From Paraspadella gotoi (lineage: Eukaryota > Animalia > Chaetognatha), in NCBI GenBank assembly GCA_051294375.1, contig CM119264.1, positions 14,534,682-14,598,681 on the forward strand: a DNA stretch of 64,000 nucleotides. Direction: 5' to 3'. The notes beneath the pieces are model-generated. The model was not told where the DNA came from. It did no database searches and worked only from the letters and a program-made list of their open reading frames with translations. The translations under genes were made by a program, and so were the position numbers. Positions 53,349 to 64,000 of the stretch are shown here, piece after piece; positions within the stretch are counted from its first letter, which is position 1, and each line of letters opens with the position of its first letter.

Positions 53349-53609
53349 GCCAAACACTCCTCTACACTGGAATTTCTTCTTTTCGCTAATAACAGTAACT
53401 CATTTTAAAGTAGTCGAATTAATAAGTTTTAGATTCGAAAAACTAGTAAAATCTTTGAATACACCGTCCACTGTGCCCAAGTGTAATTTTGCTGAATTTA
53501 CTATTAATTTATCTGAGTCAAAGAATCGGAAACAAAGAAAATCAGAAGGAACAAATTGAAATGACGCCTCTAGCGAACGTGAGATTCGAGTGACCATTCG
53601 ACGATCAGG

Positions 53610-54612
53610 ATGACGGACTCAGATGAAGAGCACGACGACCGACAGCTGAAAATCGTCCTCATCGGCGACGGTGCGTCCGGCAAGACCTCCATCTCCACTC
53701 GATACGCCCAACAAAATTTCGGCAAACAATACAAGCAAACTCTCGGTGTCGACTTCTTTCTCAAGAGGATCGTCCTTGGCGCCAGAACGCACGTCACATT
53801 ACAGGTCAGGGTCATTGTTACGAAGTCTTACGAGCCTTATTAGCCTTAATGTGACGCGTCTTTTTCGTTGTTGTCATTTATTTAATTTCTTTAAATTATT
53901 AATAATATGAATTTCATTGAAACTCTCCTAAATTTCGATAGGTGTGGGACATTGGTGGTCAGACCCTTGGGGGTCAGATGCTTGACAAGTACTTGGCCGG
54001 AGCCGACGGAATTCTCTTCGTCTACGACCTCACAAACTATTCGTCTTTCGAAAATCTCGAGGACTGGGCGCACTTCGTTGATCAACTATATTCGGACGTA
54101 CAGGTCAAACCACATCTTGCCCTGGTGGGAAACAAGATTGACTTGGAACATATGAGGACGGTCAAGTCAGACAAACATGCAAGATTTGCAACGGTAAGTC
54201 TCGATTAATTTTATCGAAAATAAACTCATAATCACAACGGCCTCCCGCAATTGACAGGATCACTCAATGTCATCGCATTTTGTATCAGCCAAGACAGGAG
54301 ATTCCGTTTCCCTATGTTTTCAAAAAATCGCAGCGGAGATTTGTGGCATTAAAATAACGAAGGCAGATTTGGAATCGCATCAACAGGTTTCTATTTCAGT
54401 TTCTTAACTGTTAACATAAAGTTAATTGTGAAAGAGGGTAACAACTAACGAAAGTTTTAGAAGAAGTAAAATGTTTAATTTTGGTATGTTTATAAATTAA
54501 CATGTACATGGTTTAGGTGGTGAAAGCCGAGATTTCGACCTACAAACAAGACAATGTTGCACGTGCCCCCTCTGCCGGAACGCGTAAAAGTTCTTTCTGT
54601 GCAATAAGCTAA
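53610..54612 (+). CDS. RAB28: Ras-related protein Rab-28 (ciliary small GTPase), 4 exons
   Basis: Exons 53610-53804, 53942-54193, 54258-54386, 54517-54612. [65 protein letters not shown]-terminal CAAX box CAIS. Confidence 0.95.
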
Positions 54613-54890
54613 CTCAACCGAACATATTCTGTTTTAATCAAACAATTACTCCAATCAACTGAACCATTTTCGTCTCAGTCCGTTTTTCAGAATAAAAAAA
54701 GATAAGGCTTTAAGTGCGATAATAATTTTCTTATTTTTTAATCTCTCGACGAAGCGTTAAAAAAACGCGTACCGTTGAAAAAGTGCTTTTCCGTGAACTA
54801 GTCAACTCTCAACGTTAATTTATAACCTGAATTTATTCGTTGTTAGTTAGCCTTGATCTTTTAGATTAAAGCGGACGAATAAACGTCAGT

Positions 54891-56081
54891 ATGGTGAAAA
54901 TTCTAGTAAAAAGCGGAGACCAACCGCAGTTCTTGTTCGAGGCTTCGGTTGAATCAAACGGAGCTGACGTTATTGATTCTATCGTCGAGATCTACAATGG
55001 CAGACTTAAAATAGACCGCATCTGCGGAGAGCTGGGGGAACTCGCCGATCATGGCGTTACACTACCCACGAATATGCAGGTTGGTTTAAAAGAGCAATTG
55101 AGAAAAGGGAAAGAATATTTTTCTCTGAACAATTGTTTCCAGGGCCTGACGGATGATCAAATTTCAGACCTAAAGCTGAAGGACGAATGGGCGGACAAGT
55201 GCGAACCTCAAGGGGGGTGGACTTTTAAAAACGACGACATAGGGCGACGAAACGGTCGAGCGCCAAATGACAAGATGGCGGAGCTCATCAACAAGACGAA
55301 GGAAGAGGCAAAAGCGAAAATCTCCAAAGTAAGAAGGGAATCCTTCCGCTTCAAAAAGCCTGAAATTAAAATATAAAATTATCCCCTCGCAGAAACTAGC
55401 AGAGCAGAACGAGATGGTGACTATGGCCGAAGTTAACGGAGCAATGGATCTCCTCCGAGGAGTCGTGATGATAGTTTATCCTATGGGTTTACCGCCTCAC
55501 GATCCAATTAGGATGGAATTCGAAGGAAAGGAGGATCTCGAGGGCACTCAGGTCGCCCTTTGAGCAGCTGAACAAAATTTTTTACCGTCTCGTTTTATTT
55601 ATTCTAGTTTTTTCTATTACACCTTTAAAAAGTTTAATTATAATCTTCAGTGGATCATATTTATCTTACTTAGGCGTCCAAGGATGTCATTCCACCGGAT
55701 GGGGGAACGCTCTGGTGGGCGGGAAAGGAGCTGCAAAGGGGCAAAAAGTTAGCCGACTTTGTCGGCAAAAATGAAAAAACCAAGATCACAGCCAAGTTGC
55801 AGAGACGAGGGGGTGGACCACCGGCCAGGGAACCGGTTTTTAACGAAGAAGAAAGAAAAAAGTTGATGGCAAACGCCTACAAGTGAGTTACTCTTTTAAT
55901 CCCTGTTCTTTGAGCAAGTTAGCTTATGGTGAATTGTAAATCCAGGCGCCAAGAGGAGATAAAAAAACTGAATGAGGAGTCGTCGGAAGCATACCTGGAC
56001 TCCGAGTGGGCTGACACTGGCACTCTCAAGAGGCAACTTATTGGTTGCGGAAACGTCAACTGGAAACCCTCATTTAGATAA
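54891..56081 (+). CDS. CFAP298: Cilia- and flagella-associated protein 298 (C21orf59/Kurly), dynein-arm assembly factor, 5 exons
   Basis: Exons 54891-55079, 55143-55328, 55393-55551, 55674-55882, 55946-56081. Motifs DDIGRRNGRAP, LRGVVMIVYPMGLPPHDPIRMEFE, LWWAGKELQRGKKLADFVGKNEKTKI, PAREP, YLDSEWAD. Confidence 0.93.
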
Positions 56082-56276
56082 AAAAAGATGGACGATCATT
56101 CATTCTTATATAATAGAATCAAATTTGCAATGTTGATTTCCCCAAACGAAAATGCTACATTATTAAACCACAATGTGTTGCTTATGCTCGTCCATATTTT
56201 GCAGAGCAGAAAAGAAGTGCAGCGTAAATAATAGAGATAGAAATAACTTTCGCCTTACCGAAATTGTAAAATAACT

Positions 56277-58903
56277 ATGGACACCATAATATTTCCTGGA
56301 GAGGCAGAGAGCTATGTAGAATCTCTGCAAGTATTTTCCATCGAGGCAATCGGATCCCAACAATGGACAATACAGCATGAGCGCATTGAGAAGTTGAACC
56401 AGCAGGCGGTTGCCAGCGCAACGTGTCAAAGCGACGAATACATCAGGGTAAGTTTAATCTCGAAAAAGAGGGCAAAGAAGACAAAATGCATATACATTAT
56501 ACAATATTAAAGGATTGTATAAAAAAAAACTGATAATATATTAAGGAATACCTGGTGACTCATGAAAAGATACCTGTGCTGATTCACAATGCTATCGTTA
56601 CGGAGGTTTGGAAGGAGAATGTCTTGCCTCACCTTGTAAAGCAAGTTACACCTCATTCGTCCTTTCAACTTTATATGATGGTAATTAAACTATTTTAGCT
56701 TACTTTAGGAACAATAAGTTTTTAGAAGGATCTGCTTATCGCAGATTCTGGTTCTATAATTCACTTTGTCGGTCCCACCCCACAACCTTGTCGGTAAATA
56801 ATTTAAATCTTTTCAGGACCACGAATTACTAAAAATTATACATCGGTCATCCCTTAAATTTAAATGACATATACTCATGAGTAGATAGGGCGATTAACTT
56901 GAAGTTTTGTGTGTGATTGAACTGGAAATCAAGTTTCCATGAATGAAAATGAGTAACTGAATTTTTTTCCCTTTTTGTAGTTCGTCGCTCTTAATTTCTT
57001 TTTATATGAAATAGAAATATTTAAGGAAAAACAAAAACACAAAAAAGGCGAAACATGTATTATTAACAATCAATCATTGCCAAAACAAAACCTTTCGTTT
57101 TATTTAAGTCTTCAACGCAACCACCAAAACCATACCATACTATCAAAAGAACAATAAATTATAAATATTGATAATAAATTATATTTGTTAAAAGAGAAAT
57201 TACAAAATTTTTCATAACTTAAACCGCTAAATGATCGTGGGCATTGTTTGCTCAGACATGTTTATTAACAGATGTACCATGAAGCTCCACTGATGACGCT
57301 ACTTGAAACGCTTATGTATCATTCTGACGTGGTAGAAGCGGCAGAAGACAAAATCTTAGATCTTTTGGATTACTGTTATCGAAAGACAATTGACACGCTG
57401 GCCAAAGACCGAGGAGATGGAAATCGATATGGAAATCACAATGATGTAAGGACAAATTTTTTTAAAAGTATCGTATTTAAAAAAAACTATAATTTGAATA
57501 AGGAAATGGTAAAATAATTATTATTTCAATTATTATATAATCCTTATATTAGTTGACTGATGAATAATTTGTAATAAACTATTTAGTTATATACATTAAA
57601 TTTATAACTTCTTTCAATTCAATACTATAAAAGTTACAAGATTACTTTAACCATATTTTTAAAAAAAACTTTATATATCAGCCTCGAAATTTTGAAAATT
57701 TTTCAAACAATCCGGAAAAAGATTTGGAACGGCAGAAGAAAGACCTAGACTTTTGTCTTGGAGCAAAGGCTGTTACTATTATTCGCTACATCTCTGAACA
57801 TTTGTCATGCCTCTCGCTCTCTGTCACACAAAGGATACTCAACAATCTCGACATTCCCGCCATTTTGGTTCACTTAGTTGTCGAATCACCCTGGACGGCT
57901 ATCACTGAGAAGGTTGATATAATAATTAAATATTTGTTCTCGGTGGCATATATTAATACTTAATTGCACAGGGGAATATTTATAAATTCTGTGAAAATGA
58001 ATGGCGACGAGTGGAGGAAGGAGATTGCCAATTGACCAAAACCGAGGCACAAGTGTGGATCGCCCTCTATCATCTACTAATGGATCCAAAATGTCAAGAG
58101 AAATACGAAATTAGTGGTTCAAGAAAGACGCAACTGCTAAAGCTTAGATCATTTATCAATGAGGTTAGTAAGCAAAAGAATTTATATATTATTAAGAAAA
58201 AAATTTTTTAAATAATTTTAATGTCAGATTGTGCTGGATCAAATTCCAATACTCGCGGAAATGCAAAGGTACCTGGAACATCTTGCTATTATGGATCCAC
58301 CAGCCAACTACAACAAAGATATCCTGATCGAGCAAGTTCCTGAGATTTATAACATACTTAAAAAATCTAGCAAAGGTGATACACATAAGTAAAAATAATT
58401 TTGATGTAGTTGATAGTCAAAGAATACAAGGATAGATACAATCTAAACAACGTAAAAATTTGATTTGAACTATTTAGACTTTTCTATGTCACATTCAATT
58501 TGGGTCAAGACGATTCATATTGTTATATTTATCTTTGACAATAGGAAAATGGAAAATAATCGCAACAAATCAGCTGGATAATTATCTTAGTGGTAACGAA
58601 GAAGTGATGAGACAACAAGCAAAACGTTGGGTAGAAACATACAACTTTGACATAATAGAAAACTTAGTTGCTCCTCCAAAGTGCGTCGTATGTGGAGAGC
58701 AAGCAGCAAAAAGATGCTCTAATTGTCATCATGAATGGTAAAAACAATGAAACCGATTAACTTTGTAAATTTTGTTTTAATTATTTAAAGATTTGGTTTT
58801 TTTTCATGACTTCAGGTACTGTAGAAGGGAATGTCAAGTGAAGCACTGGGGAAAACACAAGACTGTTTGCGATCTTTTGAAGAAAGAACCAGAAGCATTA
58901 TAA
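56277..58903 (+). CDS. ZMYND10: Zinc finger MYND-type 10 (BLU/DNAAF7), axonemal dynein assembly factor
   Basis: [28 protein letters not shown]; [22 protein letters not shown]; [16 protein letters not shown]; [11 protein letters not shown]; MYND finger [21 protein letters not shown]|[18 protein letters not shown]; TAA at 58901-58903. Confidence 0.95.
56728..56828 (+). mobile_element. Short interspersed repeat, copy 2 (inside ZMYND10 intron 2)
   Basis: GGATCTGCTTATCGCAGATTCTGGTTCTATAATTCACTTTGTCGGTCCCACCCCACAACCTTGTCGGTAAA aligns with 4543-4650. Confidence 0.55.
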
Positions 58904-59018
58904 TCTTTGTTAAACCCTACATATTGTTGATAATATTTGTCAATAAAATCATTTATTCTTGTTTTACAGTATTTTTTTACATTTATTCTTTACATAAAAA
59001 CTTTTGCGTAGAGACAAA

Positions 59019-60165
59019 ATGATTCCACCAAACAATTCGCTCGTCAAATACGACAACCCCGTACTTGTCAGTCGTAATACTGACAAAAAAACCCCACGAG
59101 CGAGACCATTAAAAGTAAGGCTTAGCATACACCGCAGTGATCTGTAAAAAAAACCAAAACAATTAATAATTCTCTTCAGGTAAGCCCGCAGCCTCCCTCT
59201 AGCCCAGGGCCGGTTCCCAGCCCACCCGGAACAGCCACAGGAAAACGAGGAGCGCTTCCATCAGGCGATGCCAAAAACGCTCAACAAACAGATGAAATCC
59301 TCAATTCAATTCTTCCTCCACGGTAGAAAAAAGGACTTAATATTTGAAGATAAATCCAAACTTATATTGTTCAACACATACTAGAGAGTGGATTGAAAAC
59401 GGACAACTATGGATTCAGAAAGTCTCATCGACGCCGGCAACCAGACTGGATGTTGTTAACCTTCAAGAACAATTGGATATGAGGCTCCAACAGCGTCAGG
59501 CCAGAGAGACAGGGATCTGTCCTGTGAGACGAGAGCTCTATTCACAATGTTTTGATGAACTTATCCGCCAGGTTAGTTGAACTTAGCAAACAATCTATTT
59601 AAAAACAAAATAAAAAAATTAATAAAATAAAAGGTAACAATCAACTGCGCGGAACGCGGGCTTCTACTCCTACGTGTGCGCGACGAAATAAGAATGACAA
59701 TTGCCGCATACCAGACGCTGTATGAGAGCAGCGTCGCCTTTGGAATGCGGAAAGCACTACAGGCCGAGCAAGGAAAAGCTGACATGGAGACAAAGATCAA
59801 GGAGTTAGAGGAAGAAAAGAAGGACCTTGAAAGACAGGTTCGAGTGTAAACATTATCATTGATTTATTTTATATTTAGTAATTTGTTTTTTTAAAAGTGA
59901 AAAAAAAATTACCTGTAAAAAACCTTTCTACTTTCAAAGGTGAATGAATTAAAAGCGAAGTGCGAACAGATCGAAAAACGCGCTGCTGAACAACGAGCCG
60001 TAGAGGAGAAGAAGCACGCGGAAGAGATACAGTTCCTCAAACGTACCAATCAGCAGCTCAAGGTAGAGAAAAAATTTACAAATAACTTTAATATAAAAAA
60101 TAATCCTAATCATACATAAACATTTGCAGACACAACTTGAAGGGATCATCGCACCCAAGAAATAA
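59019..60165 (+). CDS. DNALI1: Axonemal dynein light intermediate chain 1 (p28), 6 exons
   Basis: MIPPNNSLVKYDNPVLVSRNTDKK; EILNSILPPR|EW; LQQRQARETGICPVRRELYSQCFDELIRQ|VTINCAERGLLLLRVRDE; LKRTNQQLK|TQLEGIIAPKK*. Confidence 0.97.
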
Positions 60166-60361
60166 GCAATTTTACCCAAAAGGATTTTTATATGGATAAT
60201 AAGAATGGAATGCATTGAAATAAAAACGTGTAAATAATTTTCTTAACTTTTTTGCAAGCATAAAATAAATATCTTTTACGCTTTTTCATAAATTTGTCAT
60301 TTTGAAATAGTAAATCAGTTAAGACAAAAATGTTTTAATTGTAATCAAAAAACATTAAAAA

Positions 60362-62923
60362 ATGGAAATTGTTTATGTTTATACAAAAAAGAGGCAAGAA
60401 TTTGGTCGACAATGCAACTTTTCCGACAGGTAAGCTATAATAATGACTATAATACTAAATATCAATACTTAATATTGATTTCTTTCAGAGCGGCAGAGTT
60501 GCATGTAGATATTATGCCGGATGATAGCCTTGCAGCAAATTTTGTTGAAAAAAACCCAGTAGAAATAGGAATACAATGTGTCCAAGAAATGTCAGAACAT
60601 GAAGTTAATACTGAACGCTATGAAACTGAACCCAGAGGTAGTCAAATGACTATTTTCTTATAAATAATATTAATAAATATTATAAGTAACCAAAGAGAAT
60701 GATTTTTCAGGTTTGAATCATGTAGAAGGGGGTTGGCCTAAGGATGTTAATCCGGGTGAAGTTGAGCAAACAATAAGATACAGAAAAAAAGTTGAAAAAG
60801 ATGAAATGTATGTCAACACTATCATCCAACTTGGATCTGTAATGGAGCATTGCATTAAACAAAACAATGCCATAGGTAAGGAATACTATTCCTGGACTAA
60901 CAATCCTGGAATGAATGTGGCTAAAATGCTTGCATTGGTAGTGAGAATTACTACTAATTTGGTTGTAATTTTTTAAAAGACATCTATGAAGAATATTTCG
61001 ATGACGTAAAACAAGCTGACTTTGATGAAGAACCATCAGCTAAAACCATCAATGTTTTTCGAAATCCATGGACTGCAGAAACTTTGCCAGGCGAAAAAAA
61101 GCATACGGCAACAAGCATATCATGGTTTCCAGGTAGTAATTTTTTTTACAAATTTTAATGGAGAAAAGAGAAGGTAATTTATTGCAAATGTATTCAGATG
61201 GACCAAGCAGAGCAGCGGTAGCATATAGCAGCCTGGAATTTCGAGGATCAACTGTAGATTTGCCAATGTACTCATTCATATGGAATACTGAAAATCCTAA
61301 CAAACCTGAAATGACACTCAGACCTCCATCTTCAAATGTCTCTCTCGAATATAATCCGAAGGTTGATATTAAACAAAGCAGATATTCTAATAGGCCAAGA
61401 TCATATAAATAATATAGATTAAATAGTAAAACCTTGAACTTTAATATTCCAAAATATAAAATTAGAAAATAATGAAACAAGTAATTTTTCAAATTTTCAT
61501 AAAATTGATTGTTTTAAGGACTCGCACATACTCATTGGTGGGTGCTACAATGGGCAATTAGCGTTTTGGGACACGCGAAAAGGACCAATGCCTGTCGAAA
61601 CCACTCCTGTCGAATCTGCTCATCATGACCCTGTCTATAAAGTTATTTGGTTGCAAAGTAAAACAGGAACAGAATGTTTTTCTGGATCAACAGATGGTCT
61701 CGCGCTCTGGTGGGATATCAGGTGAATTTTAAAAATTTTTAACTCCTTATTTAAACGACGAATAGCTAACATAATTTACATTTCAGGCGCCTTGGAGAAC
61801 CAACAGAAAGGCTAATTCTCGATCCAACTAAGCAACTGGATCCATCAAAGGCTCAGGGAGCAATCTGTCTTGAGTATGAACCCACCATTCCGACAAGATT
61901 TATGGTGGGAACTGAACAAGGAAATATTCTGGGCTGCAACCGCAAAGCAAAGGGTCCTGCGGAGAAGATTGTATCGGTCTATTCAGGTACAGCACAAATA
62001 CAAAATGAATGGTGCCTAAATGCTTCTCCGTTTTAACGAAGAGTCATTTCATTTGTAATATGACAAAACCTGAGATCAGAACTAAATCAAAAATATATAA
62101 ATTACTAATGTTTGCCCAGGTCATCATGGACCCGTTTATGCGCTGCAACGTAATCCATTTTTTTCAAAAAACTTTTTGAGCGTTGGAGATTGGACGGCAC
62201 GAATTTGGTCAGAAGACATTAGAGAATCTTCAATAATGTGGACGAAAAGTCACAATCATTATTTGACAGATGGATGCTGGTAAAGTCAAATGGGTTGCTT
62301 AAAATTAGGAATAACAAACTATTTTTATAACCTTTCTTACAAAGGTCTCCCTCTCGTCCCGGGGTATTTTTTACAACAAAAATGGATGGAACTCTTGACC
62401 TTTGGGACATAATTTTTAAGCAAAAAGATCCTACACTGAGCATCCAAGTAAGCATTCATAACCCTAGTTTATTTAGCCAATGAAGAAAAACAGTTATAAA
62501 TCACAGATGATGATCTTAATTTTTTTAATGTTAGACCTATACTAATTCTTTAAAAAATTATCATTTCCAGATTTGCGAAGAACCTCTGTATTCCATAAGA
62601 GCTCATGAGCATGGTCGCCTAGTTGCAGTCGGATCACAGGTAACGGGAAAAAATATGTTACAATTACTGCAAGATAGCAATATAGCATTTGTTCATAGTA
62701 CGGCTCGATGACTCTGGTTGAACTTTCCGACAACCTGTGCACCCTGCAAACCAACGAGAAAGCCTTGGTGACGGCAATGTTCGAGCGAGAATCCAGGCGG
62801 GAGAAGATCCTGGAAGCACGTCACAGGGAGATGCGATTAAAAGAACGCGTGAAATCCGCTGCGGAAAACGAGAGGGCCGCCTCTGCTAACCAAGGAAACA
62901 AGAAAGAGGACTCCAATAAATGA
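60362..62923 (+). CDS. DNAI2: Axonemal dynein intermediate chain 2 (outer arm IC2, WD40)
   Basis: [23 protein letters not shown]; [23 protein letters not shown]; [10 protein letters not shown]; [33 protein letters not shown]; [16 protein letters not shown]; TGA at 62921-62923. Confidence 0.96.
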
Positions 62924-63084
62924 TATCCGCCTTAACACTTAGAATTGTAACTCGTTTCACCTTTTTGTTCTTGTTATCTTTGTGCATTAAAAAAACTCAT
63001 TACAGAAGAACAGAAAAAATGGTAAATTACTAAAAATTTTTTGTATTACAGCAGTTATGAGACCTATAAAAAATACATAAAACC

Positions 63085-64000
<916 letters not shown>

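Overview
Eukaryotic (metazoan-type) draft assembly with GT-AG introns, four N-gaps and two very different halves. Positions 1 to about 42.6 kb are gene-poor and saturated with (GA/TC)n microsatellites. This half holds small non-autonomous mobile elements, a possible divergent 7TM gene, and a ~9.6 kb segment present twice across an N-gap (probably uncollapsed haplotypes). Positions ~42.9-64 kb are compact and gene-dense. The minus strand has a TPR-SET(SMYD5-like)-MYND gene and the 3' half (kinase, PX, C2) of a class II PI3-kinase. The plus strand has six consecutive cilium genes (RAB28, CFAP298/C21orf59, ZMYND10, DNALI1, DNAI2, CFAP91/MAATS1) only 115-278 bp apart, with one RFX X-box (GTTGCTAGGCAAC) in front of the first. 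The spacers carry poly(A)-type hexamers and unpaired 3' splice acceptors. The main result is a candidate RFX-driven, trans-splicing-resolved motile-cilium operon that appears to be nested antisense inside an intron of the PI3K-C2 gene. Gene identities come from recalled protein motifs, not database searches, and the organism cannot be assigned from the sequence.
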